A DNA stretch of 62,109 bases, the filler included, from Platydemus manokwari (taxonomy: Eukaryota): the NCBI GenBank assembly GCA_037951405.1. It is 5 parts of 5 records of this genome, joined end to end, with 100 filler letters (N's around TTAATTAATTAA, not from the genome) between each part and the next. Parts side by side here need not be neighbours in the genome. Positions count along the whole stretch, not along the records: positions 19,779 to 30,128 come from JBBMOY011141882.1; positions 30,229 to 39,800 come from JBBMOY011230876.1; positions 39,901 to 50,069 come from JBBMOY011161991.1; 2 more parts are not named here. One strand, given 5' to 3'. This document shows, piece by piece, positions 27,801-41,129 of the stretch (position 1 is the first letter of the stretch; each line of letters starts with the position of its first letter). The notes under the pieces were generated by a model. The model did no database searches, was not told the DNA's origin, and saw only the letters and a program-made list of their open reading frames with translations. Both the position numbers and the translations under genes were made by a program.

Positions 27801-28597
27801 TATAGGATTGGAACAAGAGTCTTGTCCGCTAGAAAATAATATTTATTTAACCAATAAAGAAAATATGTAAATTGAGAAATATAAATAAGACATCATTCGT
27901 CTGTAAATCTGAAATATTGAAAATAGTCACCTTTAAGGTCCACACACTTTTGCTAGCGTTCTGGAAGTTGTTTTATGTCGTTATCATAGAATTCCGCAGG
28001 TTTTGAAGCGAGCCACTTTTCCAAATAATCATTTTCATAGGAGAGAACGGGTAATAGTCTGAAGGGGAAAGTTCAGGGGAGTATGGTGGATGTGGTATTA
28101 CCGTAAAACCGATCTCATAAAGCTTATTTTGAGTTAAACTTCCAATATTGCCGTCGAGCGTTATCGTGAAGGAAATGGAACTTTTCCACACAACCGGTGC
28201 CACTTCTCTCTTCATCATCAACGATGAAATTACCAACAATGAATTTTGCAATTATTCACTGGCAGTTTCTCGCAGACACAGTTAATCTTCTCAATATCTG
28301 GCGCATTCATTCCATCTTTCGTCGGCTTTTTCAAGTCGTTTCGCCTATCATAAGCCACAAAATGATATTTTTTAAATGATATCCATCTGAAGCAATTGTG
28401 TAATAATGAGATAGAAATTGAACATTTAAACAAAAATTTAATAATGGATTTAAACAAAACGCTACTTCATAAAATATTGAAATTTTTTAGATTTACAGAC
28501 GATTAATATTTGGTTTTATATCTCAATTTACATCTTGTCTTTATTGGTTAACTAAATATTAGTTTCTATCGGACAAAACTTTCGTTCCAGTCCTATA
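27801..28597 (-). mobile_element. Internally deleted mariner element with long (~120 bp) TIRs
   Basis: TATAGGATTGGAAC... and ...GTTCCAGTCCTATA are inverted ends with TA. The minus strand has VIPHPPYSPELSPSDYYPF (mariner YSPDLAPxD motif) and an N-terminal HTH remnant. Confidence 0.9.
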
Positions 28598-29900
28598 CAA
28601 AAATCGAACAATAATAACTTAATCGAAGAATATGTAATTATGTTTACCGTTATTAACACTGTTGTATATTGATTTATTGATAATTTATCAATTCATATTT
28701 AAAAATTTTTCCTATATATCTTTTCATAGGCTTCTCCCATATAAATGTAATACCTGATTATCATATATATATGTGAATTTAGCTGGTCAATCAATAGCTA
28801 ATAATAATCAAATGAAAATTTTATGTTGCGAGTCAATTAAGAACCGAAATAAATATATCGATTATAAAAAAATATTCAACCTTTTTTTAAGATTAATATT
28901 CGATGAATTTTTTATTTTTATACGATCTTTGTGTTTGTGCTAATGGAATATTCACGTTTTGATTATATTTACTTCAGTTTATCATTCAATATCTGGCGCA
29001 TATGTGCTCATCTTGATGTCAAATATATCACTTCAACACACGTTTCATACACATCTAGCGTTTCACATGATTATTCATAAAATTCCTTTCATTTTCAATT
29101 TCATCTACAAATCGATTCTAAGATATGTGGCTTGTAGACTTTGAAATAGTTAACAATAATGATATTTGGAGTGATCGATTTGTCAAAATAAATGAGATTT
29201 GTGAGCGTAGGGAAATATGATTTTACATATAATATGGGATAGTTTTAGGATAATGCTAAATTGAACCTTTCATCTGTCTCTCAAAAAAATATTCACTTTG
29301 ATTTGTTGTGGTAACGAAGGTAATATGGACGAGTACCAAGAATGATATGATTAACCAAATATCAATTTATAATTCTGGAATCACATTTTCATCGTTAAAA
29401 CTATACTGTATATATTCAGTTAATATCACTATGATCGAAAGTTCATTCATCATTTACAATCAATTATTAGCGACTTATTCCTAAAAATATCAATAAAAAT
29501 GCCATAATTTTTAAAATCGCCTTCGTAATGATGGTTAAATTTTTTTTGTTTGATTGGTAAAAATCTTATTCAAATCACATAAAATCTATTTGCTATTTAT
29601 AAGGATCTTTTAAATTAGTTTTAGTTCGATTAATTAAGCCGGGCAACGAAAGTCGCACCTGGTAAAGGGTGTTCCATTGATTAAATTTTGTTTTTGAGTA
29701 TTTTTTATCAGTTGTTTATTAATTTTCTTCTCTTTTTTTTAGTAAAGACTGTTGATATCGACATAAAGATGATACCAATATATATAATCACATCATGAAG
29801 ATACAATGGTTTTATAATGAGATCGATGAACAACTCTTATTGAATTAATTATATATTGAAATACCTAAAATTAAATTAAGATCTCGGAGAATAATGTCAT

Positions 29901-30037
29901 TCACTTCATATCATTGAGAAGTGATTTTGGCATTGGTTTGAGAACAGGTAACTCTATCCTGCCCTGACTGCCCCGTCTTCTATGTGTCTTTTCTATTGCC
30001 TTGTCCTTATCCAAATCACCTCCCAAATTTGGTAAAT
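29901..30037 (-). CDS. Probable terminal coding exon of an unidentified gene
   Basis: Acceptor TTCTTTTTGTTTCAG; locally GC-richer; LPNLGGDLDKDKAIEKTHRRRGSQGRIELPVLKPMPKSLLNDMK*. Upstream exons are lost at the gap. Confidence 0.55.
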
Positions 30038-30128
30038 CTGAAACAAAAAGAATTGTGAAAAATGTAGCAATAATTAATCATCATCAACATTAGTTGCAGT
30101 GCCTAATCGTGTTGGCGATTATATCAAT

Positions 30129-30228
30129 NNNNNNNNNNNNNNNNNNNNNNNNNNNNNNNNNNNNNNNNNNNNTTAATTAATTAANNNNNNNNNNNNNNNN
30201 NNNNNNNNNNNNNNNNNNNNNNNNNNNN
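30129..30228. other. Assembly gap/linker
   Basis: N44-TTAATTAATTAA-N44. Confidence 0.98.
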
Positions 30229-30929
30229 TTGTTATTACTATTATTTTTATTTTATTTATTATTTTTATTATTAATAGAAACTTTCTGAGATTTTTATTAC
30301 ATTTTTATTTATCACAACAAATCTAAAAATAGATATTTCTAATCGTTCCTAATTAATTATTTAAAAGTTTAATGTATCTGTGAAATACAAATTAGGCCCG
30401 AACGACGGAAATGGGAATTAAATACAACACAAATCAAGGAAACAAAATCACAGTAATCTATTTATGCTAAACGAATTCTCAGTAATAGTTGTTATTAATT
30501 TTAATTATAATTATTTTTAATGGTCTCTTGTAGGATTTTGAATAAAACAAATTTCAATCACACTGCCGGATACATCATAATTACTGTGGTGAACAAAAAT
30601 TTGAAACGTTGTTTAATGTAAAACTAAAGCGTTTGCTTAAATATTGCTCATGAAAAGGTTTCAATTAATATTTCTATCAGAAATCATGATGTAGAAAATG
30701 AATAAGTAATCATTTCGATTAGGGCATTCTTAATTGATGCTTGTCAAATTTTTTTGAGTATTTTTATTATTATTTAATATAACAATTTGATTAGTTTCTT
30801 GTCATAATTATATTTTATCCAAATTAATTACTCTAAATTTGAGATTAATATTAGATTATAATAATAGCTTAGAAAATGATAGGAAATCGGCATCGTCATA
30901 GCCCATATCCCAAATAATCATTCTGAGAA

Positions 30930-31375
30930 TGTTGGGTCTGGATTTTGAATAACCAGATCTTCGCTGACTCCAAAAATCGAAGATTGTAAACTTTATTTTT
31001 AACTCTCGTACTAATCGATACAACTCACAAAATATCACAAAAACAACCAAAAATTCGACTTCCAGCTGGCCATCTTTACATCAGTATTTATACCCGAGTA
31101 TCATGTTTGTATCACATTTTGATTCGATCTTTACTTTTCCATGTTTCTATTGGGCTTTTTGGTTTTTGTATGTGTGGGATTGGTCGATCCGTAAATGTAT
31201 GTTGTTGTGTAGCTATGTCCCTTTTTCAAATTATCTTTTTCCATCTAAGTCTGCTGTGATTGGTTGATTGCCATACCTGTGTGATTGTGTAGGCATGCAA
31301 ATGGTTAAAGTGCTAAAACAATGGTTTCAAGGTGCACAACCGCTTTTATTTGGCAAGATTTTGTCTCACTCAACA
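30930..31375 (-). mobile_element. Solo LTR (446 bp)
   Basis: TGTTG...CAACA termini; the minus strand has CCAAT, TATAAATA and a downstream AATAAA in LTR order. TSD imperfect. Confidence 0.7.
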
Positions 31376-31667
31376 GAACCATTATAGTTTAATCAATAGT
31401 AAACAATGAATTCAGAAACTGAAAAATTATAGTGTTTTTCCAACTCTATCGAGTCGAGTTAAGAAACTTCTAATTATTTATTAAAAACTTTTCATTGAAT
31501 GCGTTATTTATCAACTAATTTATATCTCAGGGTCTCCTGTCCTGATCTTGAATTTCTGACCCGGGTTTCAACAGTCTGGTTTGGTCAAAATGATAATTTA
31601 AACATAATCTCATTCACCAATTCCCAGATTTATTTAAGTCAATATTTCCAAAATTTACCAATTTAAG

Positions 31668-32425
31668 TGTTGGGAAAAATACTGACGGACTGGTGCTCTA
31701 TTCAGTTAATGAAGAAACTGAGAATGTACCAGAGGACGAAAAGATACATATCACCGTTAACTCATATAGTACATGGAAAAAAAGCCCAATCAGAGTGGGT
31801 GACTAAAGACGAAATCCCACAAATGAAAAACGAAAACATTGGAACCATTATTTGGAAACTTTAATCATCTGCTTGAGTACACAACCTTACAACAATAGCA
31901 ACAATCTAATCAGATTGAGCTTTAATGGAAGATTCTAATTCGGCAAATGGACATAACTACATAGTAACATACATAGAGGAGTTGACCAATCCCGATCAAA
32001 CAAAATCAATAAACCAAATTGGAACTTGAAAAACAAAGACCGAATCAAAATGTGATACACAAATAACACACAAATCTCAAATACAAATACTGATGTAAGG
32101 ATGGTCAACTGACAGTTGAAAGCTGAGTATTATGACATTTTTTATATTTGATTTATGGAGTATTTTGATTTGCACGATTGAGAGAAATACAATTTGCAAA
32201 CACATCAAAAAAATAGTTTTATAAACAAATAATGAAACTCAAGCCTTTGACTGCAGCGACCAATATAAAAAAGAGCTGGTAAGAGATGAAGACCTGGAAA
32301 AAGAAGAGCTCGAGCTTTGACTTGGATCCCTGAGGTCAGTAAAATAAAAATAAAGACAATCTTCGAGAACATATCTTCGAATTCCCTCGAGCACTGTAAG
32401 TCAATCAACTGCAATCCAATCCGAA
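31668..32425 (+). mobile_element. Related LTR in opposite orientation; 3' end approximate
   Basis: Starts TGTTGGG. 31980-32120 is a diverged reverse complement of 31055-31190. Confidence 0.6.
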
Positions 32426-33177
32426 AAACGTTTATGATTTGATATTTTTTTGATAAATATTTATAATTCTTTTTAAACATAAATTTGGTCTTAATAATAT
32501 ATATGATCATTCTTTGAAACACTCATGATTTAAAAATTTTGATTCTATATTTTGCACATAATAATTTATAAATGATAATAATAGAACGATAATAATAAAT
32601 CTATATTATTTATATAAATTTAATTGTCTAAAGGTACAATAGAAATACAAACCCGAAAAAATAATCAGAATTAAATTTTTAATGTCAACTAATTTGAATA
32701 AAATTTAACTTGTAGTAAGATATAATGCCAAATGATTCTTAATAATAACGTTCCAATGAAGGTCCAAAATAATTAAACGTTAAAAAATTGTAAGAGTGAA
32801 GGTAAAATTCCAGGCACAAAGTACTTGACATCAGCAAGTATATAAGCTGATAAACTTTATCACTAGTTACGCTTAACGAAATTGTGATTGAAAGTTCGAA
32901 AGTTCAGTGGTGAATAATTGATATAATCGATAATCATTTTAGAGAAAATTATTGTTGGAAACAAATAATTGATACTAGGACAGAAAGATAACAAATAATC
33001 GACGAAATTTAAATATTCGATCGATTAATATTAATTAGCCAAAAGGATTGTTTCCTTTGCATTTCAAATAAACAAAATAATAAAATCAATATTTGTAAAA
33101 TCATTAAGGAGTATAGTGTGTTCTTGTGTTCCTGGTAAGATAACTATACCTGTTTGTTTTAAATTGATAGTGTGTGA

Positions 33178-33870
33178 GTACCAGGACTTGCATCGAAAGG
33201 ACATGCTGTAATTCTTGACCATCTCGGACATTATCTCAGATCGTTAGGCTATGACACGGACATCGACACAAGTCCACCGGAAGTCAACACAATACTCAGA
33301 CCTGACCTAATTATTAGGAACAAGGCAAAACGTCATGTCTATATCGTAGATCTGAAAATTCCATTCGACATCGCCCACAATTTTGAGAAGCACAGATTAC
33401 TAAACTTCGAGAAATACAGGTCAATCGCATCCGATATCAGGACCAAAACTCGATTTGAAACAAGCCTAGACGTACTTTGCCTCGGAGTGCTCGGATCTTG
33501 GGACCCAAAGAACAATGAAGTTCTCTCAAACATTGGCCTCGACAAAGCTCAAATCACATTCATCGCTGGATTCCTGATAAGCTCATTGCTTAAAGACGCC
33601 TTCGCCACCTACAAGGCTCACACGGATATGCGAAACCTCAAGCAACCATCATGGCACAAGGCCATCAAACAATTCACTGTACGTAGTAATGATTTGAAAG
33701 AGAATCGACAAGAACCATTAGGTACCTGACTAGGAAACCTTCTCAAGATAAAATCCGAAGACTTCGGAAATGTATATATTATAGAAATAATGTGAGGACT
33801 TGTGCCACCGCATCGCCAAGATTGTTATGTTTATGTGAAATAAATTTTAGCTCTTTTCTTAGGTAATAAT
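33178..33870 (+). mobile_element. 5'-truncated non-LTR retrotransposon with a restriction-like endonuclease (R2/NeSL/R4-type)
   Basis: Uninterrupted frame 33178-33729 with KGH...LRPDLII...IVDLKIPFD...EKY...LGVLGSW (PD-(D/E)xK RLE motifs), then a short 3' UTR, AATAAA and (TAA)n. Confidence 0.88.
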
Positions 33871-34427
33871 AATAACAATAATTATTGTGTACTTTCATCG
33901 CCAAACCAGTTTCCATCAGCAAAAAATCCATTTATAACTTGAAAGCTTTAGATGATTCAGTTTTTCTCCGCCAATATCGCTTCCATACATGTTACTGAAG
34001 TCCCTAAGACTATTGCAAAATGTAACAATAAGTTATTAACAGTTCTTTAAAAGTTCTTGAAACCCTGGTGAAATGAGTATCTTCGTAGTGATATTTTTGA
34101 GTTTTAAATAAATAAACTAAATTGGAGTCTTTGAGGACAAATTAAATCAATTTTGGAACCAATTTAGAATAAATAACACTTTTTCATTTATTTTAATCGA
34201 TATTTCTGTCATACAAAACGAAATTAAAAAATTAAAGCCAAAATTATTTCAACAAAAACCATTGAGAGATATTATTGATATGCATTTTTAATAATATTCC
34301 AAATATTTCAACGATAAATTTAGTTTCTGATCTTAATTTCCTAAAGCAATCAAGAGAGAAATTAGATTAACGAATAACTTTATTGATTTGATTATAAATT
34401 ATAACTGATCTATAAATTGAATTTTAT

Positions 34428-34970
34428 ATGGTCTTTATATTAATATTGAGTCTACTTTTTATTAAAATACAACTCATATATTGTTATTCACCAGCCTGGT
34501 GTCCATGGTCAGTAAATGTATCTTGTCAGTATTATCATGGATATTATCATAAATCGCATGTGAGATATTGCTCTTGTCCACCTCCAATAATTGAGGAGAA
34601 TGGAAAATTTGTACTATGTTTAGGAGATAGAATTAAATTATCATCAAAACCGGATATATGTATTCCTAACAATGAAACATTTCCAATTGAATGGACGTCT
34701 TGGACGTTTTTCAATAACTATGATTATACTTGTTATTATAAATGGAAATATAGAAGTAGGGATTGCTATTTGCTTAAATTCGGGCGCTGTATATATTTTC
34801 TCATGAGCGGCTATAATTTATTTGAATCCCATGAAAGAGAATGTACAAGTATACCAAACTATCCAGAATCTCGTACATTTACCAGAATCATGATTTGTGT
34901 AGTTGCAATGATTTGCATTATCTTGATTATTGGATTTGTGATAGGACTTTATTTTCGTCAAGAGTTGTAG
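34428..34970 (+). CDS. Intronless 180-aa type I membrane protein with two divergent thrombospondin type-1-like repeats
   Basis: Hydrophobic signal peptide; WCPWS...C...HVRYC and WTSWT...C...YRSRDC motifs; C-terminal TM helix IMICVVAMICIILIIGFVIGLYF; 4-aa tail RQEL. Confidence 0.8.
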   Translation: MVFILILSLLFIKIQLIYCYSPAWCPWSVNVSCQYYHGYYHKSHVRYCSCPPPIIEENGKFVLCLGDRIKLSSKPDICIPNNETFPIEWTSWTFFNNYDYTCYYKWKYRSRDCYLLKFGRCIYFLMSGYNLFESHERECTSIPNYPESRTFTRIMICVVAMICIILIIGFVIGLYFRQEL

Positions 34971-35454
34971 AGATATTATTATATAATATGATGATTATTC
35001 TTTTCGTTAAATGAATTTTTATAAAGACATTTCAATGAGTTGTAAAGTATTTAATAAAATTAAACAAAAGTTAAGTGATACAAAGTGAAGAAGGCATTTT
35101 TTAAATTAAACCAATACTGGTTGAATCACAAAATATGAAAAATAATGATATAAAATAATTAAACGAAAAGCCAATTAGTAAAATACTTTTATATTTAAAA
35201 TATATCGTTACGATTATTAGAAAAGAGAAACAACTAAGAAAGAGTCTTAATTATTAACACAATAATTACTAATTATTTTAATAACTTGGAAAAATTACTT
35301 TCAAAAATATTAATATCACAGTTTTTTATGAAAATAAAATGTTTACAATCATAAATATTTCTATAATAAGGAAAATTTGTTGAAATTGAAAACCTCAAAC
35401 TTCAGGCATCTTTGAATTCTCGTTTTAAAGCTTTAAACGTACACTTGACGACAG

Positions 35455-36197
35455 TGCCATACAGGTATAACATCTAGCCAATTAGAGAAGACATGAATAA
35501 CTGTACGTATTGGAGCCATGAAAATTCGCATGTAGTTTTGCAGAGGGAGAAGTTAATGTGGCAGGTATAACTGTCTAAGCTGCGATGTCGAGCAATGAAA
35601 TTATTACCCCATTCTTCTTTGACGCGTTTATCACTGGCACACAACACCTCAACATGCATCAAACTTACTTCTTTTCTAAAATACATCAACAAAGAGACAT
35701 TTACTTCCAACAGGATGGGTTCAAACCCACTATGCGCATTGTTTTCATAACTGGCTTGACATCAAATTTCATAGATGGATTGGTCGGCGTGGGCCGATTA
35801 AATGGCCAGCCCGTTCAACCGATTTATATCAGATGGACTTCTTTTATGGGGTGTTCTTAAAGACATGGTGTACGAAGAGAAACCATTAACCATTCTTGAC
35901 ATTCGCCGAGTTATTACCGAAAAAATTGGCACAATCGATATGGAACTGTGTCAAAAGGTTTGTCGCAATGTTGAATCAAGATTAGTTTCTTGTATCTAAC
36001 ACAACGGAGAACAATTTGAACTATTCCGTTAGTATTTATCATTTTTGCATTCTTGTTTCTTTCGTATTGATCATTATTGCATCTTTGGTTTAATCGTAAT
36101 TATTATTGTTCTTCTCATTCACAATACAATAAAATTCATTAAAAACTTACATTTGTTTATCTTATAAAATCGGGCCAAACTTTTTGGGCATCATGTA
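35455..36197 (+). mobile_element. Tc1/mariner DD41D (rosa/VS-like) transposase pseudogene, 3' half
   Basis: Across frameshifts it reads NCTYWSHEN...PFFFD...YFQQDG...WIGRRGPIKWPARSTDL..MD..LWGVLKDMVY...CI*HNGEQFE. About 40 residues separate the second and third Asp. TIR-like end AACTTTTTGGGCATCATGTA. Confidence 0.85.
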
Positions 36198-37321
36198 TAT
36201 TAAATAAATAATGTGAAATTAAAAGGAAATGTGAAATTCAAGGAAAATCTTTTTTAATTCTTTATAATTCGAAAATTTTCTAAATAAAACCCACTCTTAG
36301 TGAGAAGACTGCAGCTTTGATGATCGAATCCAAGTTTTAACAATTTATTTTGTTTTCGAAGAAATGCAAATAAAGTTTTTAATGTTGATCACAGGTAATT
36401 GTTGTTAATTTGTGATTGGAACTTGTATCGATATAAAATGGATAAACTGCAATAAATATTTTATTCTATCCAATAATTAATTGTGATCCAATAGCAAAAT
36501 TAATAATAAGATTTAAAAAGCGAATTAATTCTAATTATTAAAATTAAACATTTTTCAAAAAAAAATTATTGAATAACCATCAATTGTTTTTGTCATGCTT
36601 TGTTGCATGGCATTGATGATAAGATAAATGAAAAAAATTATTTAAATTTCTATTTTTTACGACAATTCGAATTTATCTATTCAATATCATATAAAAGACA
36701 AACATGATTAAGAACAAATCATTTGCATTATTTTTTCAAATTATAGCATGCGTTGTGAATTGAAGAAAAAATTTTAAACACTTTCGAAAACATCCATTGA
36801 TGGTATTTTTATTTTTCATTTTGATTTTGATTTTTAACTTAAGTTAAGAAAAGGAGTCATTTCACCTATTTTTTATGATTAATTTTCGTGTATGAGGTAA
36901 TCTCATAATTTATTTTTTCAATTTCTTCTCCTATTTCATGAAAAAATGGTTTGAAGAATTTTTTAAGTTTAGATCAAATTTATGTGAATTAATTATTCTT
37001 TGTGATTGTACTTGTAAATGTTTAGGTTTCATGAACTTATGAAACCTTTTGAATAGCAAGCTCCTGAAATGTTTAATACTTTAATATTACCATTTTTAGA
37101 AAATGATATTAAAAAGAACTTAATAATTTGCTTCTAATTTCAAAAATAGGTCATCTCTAATTTTCAATAATTTTGAATTTTACCTACTTCGATTTGTTTT
37201 TCAAATAACCAAAATTTAGGCGATTTTTAAATTCTAATGTATTTAAAATATGATTTCACACTACTAAAACCATTCTTAAGTACTTAAATAAAGAATTCAA
37301 AATGTCTTTTATTAATATAAT

Positions 37322-37997
37322 TGTTGGGATTCTGGCCCAATATTTAATCCATAACAATTAACTTACATTGGAAAAGATATTTGCGTGACAATACGTATGA
37401 AATGTGTATTAATTTTTATTTTATCAGTTTATATTTTTTATATCTTAACAACTCTTAGAGCATCTCAATGAAATTAGTCTAAAAAAGTAAAATATATTAG
37501 TATTCATAAAATTATTATTTATAAATATGTAAAATAATATTAGTAAAACCCACATTGAACAAACAATATATTATCGCGAAATATCATCGACAAATAAATT
37601 GCAATCTATTATCGCGCATTTAAATTCAGTGACAGAATAAAATATTCACTTTATTAAATTTAATCAGAAAGAATATTTATCTGTATAATAAATTTAATCG
37701 GAGAATTTCTTTCTCCAGTAAATAAATTCTATCGAGAAAATAATAAATTCACTGGTATTAGATTTAATCGCGAGAATATCTGCCAGTGATTCACCACTGC
37801 CTATATAAGGCAGCAATCACAATTAACACTACCACAATTCCATTATTTTTACAATAGTGAAGTCGCAGTTACACGTCAATCAATTGTCATATACTGGAGA
37901 AGACATTATTTTACAAACAATCAACCCACGATAGAAGACCATTCAGTGCAGAAGAACAGTATTCCCTACATGCCCAATATTTTAATGGAAGACTCCA
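37322..37997 (+). mobile_element. Possible solo LTR with degenerate internal tandem repeats
   Basis: TGTTGGG start, CTATATAAGG TATA-like motif near 37801, repeated AAATTTAATCG-like units, CCACA end. No clean TSD. Confidence 0.4.
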
Positions 37998-39800
37998 CAA
38001 TAAAATCCATTCGTGTAAAATACTAATCCATATTATATATTGTATCGCTTATCTCTTATTATCGAGTTTTCACTCAAACATCTTGAAAAGTAATTGGTAC
38101 TGCTCCACGAGTAGGAGTAAGTTTATCGTTCTTTATCCCGGAGTTGTTAAGGTCCATTATAAGTTGATGTATAGCGTAGTATTAAAATCCAATTGTAATT
38201 TTTATTTTATTATTTATTAATAAATTTATATTGATGTCAATTATTAATACACATTTGTAGCAGCATATCTTAGCTATTTATTAAATATATGATAAATTCG
38301 GAAAACTGTTGTACCAAATTTCAAAAGTCTCTCGAAGTCGATGTTGGCATTTTGTAACCATCTCTAATTATTTGAATACATTGTAGTAATAGTATTATCA
38401 AGTTGATAAGGTGTATTTGCTTTTAAATTAAAATGCAGCACTTCCCGGAATAAGCCGTTACGCTTCAAATGAAACACTGAATCAATAAAGTGGCTGATAA
38501 AAGTGTCAGATTAAATGTTTTATGATATTAAATAAAAACCAGATGTAACGAAAAAATAAAAGGAGGATAAAAGCAATTCAAGTTTAAATATTTAATCAAG
38601 TATTTACAAATGGCATTTTTATAATTGTAAACAATTTCTTGTAAACGTTGGATTATTGATTCCATTGTTCGGTTTGAGGGAAGTGGTGTTGTAAAATTGA
38701 ATGAAAACTTGAAAGCTAAATGGCAGTCTCATTGAAGAGAAAAATATGAAAAGCTCTAAACATTTAGTGTCCACCATAAAACCTACACATCTTCTTCCAT
38801 TATGTTTTTTTAAAACATTGATTGCTTGCCAATTTGTGCCAGTGACTCTTTATCACCATTTTATTATTTAATTAAATAAATAATTACAATTATAAATATA
38901 TAAATGCAAATCACTTTCATTTTAATAGAACAATACAGAAAACATTTATGAATTAATAATAATAATTATTATTATTATTATCATAAATTTTGATCAATGA
39001 TATCGGTCATTATTTTAATTTGTATGAGGGCCTGTGGGTCATACCGTGATTATTGATTTTTTATATTACCGGTGTAGAGAAAACAATCTGTCAATTTTCT
39101 AATATTTATTATCTGATAATGTTAAACTAAGACCATACGAATGAAATGATTACATCGAGCATTGAAAGTGTTGCTAATTTATCATGTTTCAATCAGGACC
39201 ATAATAATGGCTTGACTTTTCTTTATTTTTTGTTTTTTTGTTTTTTTATTTTTAGAAATTTTTATAATTTCGATAAATTAATTTTGAAATTGGTATGCGT
39301 AAAAGCACACCAATTTTGGCTGACCATCTTGTGGTAATCTCATAACGAGAAATTTCAATCTTTTTTCATATTTTGACATAAATCTTTCCAAAACATTTTT
39401 ATCTCTGAAGTTGCCATGGCAACATCTACCTTTAGAAGTTCGAGACCCTCTGAGCTACCTACACAATTAAGTACACAACAGTCTCTTAGATCATCTCAGG
39501 TTTCTACGTATGCTGCATGACTTATAACGATTTCATCAGCAAAATTTGAATGCTCTTTGAGGAGAACCACGCTGAAAGTGTTCAACAATTTCAATATCGC
39601 ACGTTTTGAACATCGATTCATCACAATGCCTTAACAATTTAGTTTGACAGAAAAACATCTTTCGAAATTGTTGTATTACTGAATTTATTCGTCGAAATAT
39701 CTCAGATGTTATTTATTATTGATTTTTGAATGAAAAATAACTCGTTTTATAATTAATCTTTCCTTCACTTAAAATAAAATCAATAAATTTACAATAAATT

Positions 39801-39900
39801 NNNNNNNNNNNNNNNNNNNNNNNNNNNNNNNNNNNNNNNNNNNNTTAATTAATTAANNNNNNNNNNNNNNNNNNNNNNNNNNNNNNNNNNNNNNNNNNNN
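39801..39900. other. Assembly gap/linker
   Basis: N44-TTAATTAATTAA-N44. Confidence 0.98.
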
Positions 39901-40540
39901 AATACAATTATAAAAGTGGTGATAATTAGTGGACGATTGCTATAATTTCAGTCAGAACAGCACTTCAGAAATAGATTTAAGCAAAACAGAATTTCAGAAA
40001 TATTTTCAGTCAGAATAGAATTTTCAGAAACAATTGGAATAGATTTCTCAGTAGCAAGAAGATAAACGTATTTACTATACAGATAGACCAATTTCAGCAG
40101 AAAAAATAAATTAATATCAGCCGAAGAGAGTTCTTGATCGAGAAGGATCTTTGAACAACATTTGTCAGTAGAAATCAACAAGAGGTCAGGTTATTTTAAT
40201 TATTCGTTTAGAGTATTTATAGAATATTCGTGGACAGTGTTCCCGAATATTTGTATTTGTTGGAAGTGATTGCATTGAGCGTCCGTAACCCGTTTACGCA
40301 CGCTGACATTCTAGTATCGGCCAGCAATAGTTCCTCGGCCAGTGATTCAGATTGGTGAAGCAAACCAGTTCCGAATTTTTGAAAACCAGACAGAATTTTA
40401 TTAGGGGCTAGGCTCTTGATGTCTTAACTGAAAGTTGTATATACTGTTATATAAATATAACTTAGTGTGTAACTTTGTTTTGATTAGGAAGTTAGGTCAT
40501 TAAAGAGAATTGTTGCGTTCTACTCTCGGTAGACCCAATA
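39901..40540 (+). mobile_element. Partial LTR, same family as 6072-6917, truncated by the gap
   Basis: 40220-40540 is the diverged reverse complement of 6072-6435 (e.g. GAGCGTCCGTAACCCG, CTACTCTCGGTAGACCCAA). Confidence 0.75.
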
Positions 40541-41129
40541 CACATTTCCATGTTAATACCATAGATATTGCATTTTCAATTCAAATAAATTTAATTCACC
40601 ATGGCAACATAACAAATAACCATGGAAATTTATCATTATCAGCAAACAGATCAAATCAGAAATTGCACAAATATTTCATTACAAATACTGCATACTATAA
40701 TTTCAACACATTAATAAAGCCGCATACGCGTTCAGAAGCGTAATCTTCCTCCTCGCTCATAAGCACCAGTATTCATAATCAATTTAGATTACTCAGCAGT
40801 CGATTTCTGGACTATTATTTAACAAGGATTGTCATTCAAATCCATATCGAGCATTAATATAAATTAGTAAGCATTAATATGAATGTGCGGTGTCCTACAT
40901 TGATAGTGCCCAAACAGACGATTTATCATTTAACTTTCACTCTTATAAAATACATTTCTTAATATAAATTAACTGTTCGCCATATTTTCTTGAAACATTC
41001 ACCAGATAAGCTTCTGACCAATTGGTGATGTGCATCAGAAAGTATCAAAGTATCTTATTAACAGAACAATAAACAAGTTTGTGATTTTTGGTGATTAGAA
41101 ATTAGATTTTTATATCTAATTCAATTTTG

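Noticed and set aside
33100-33900. SL RNA, U2 snRNA, tRNA or 28S target sequence flanking the RLE element
   Set aside because: I looked on both flanks and recognised none.
39150-39620. TTRWSAK on the minus strand resembling a hAT transposase motif
   Set aside because: A single short motif with no other hAT motifs, TIRs or 8-bp TSD.
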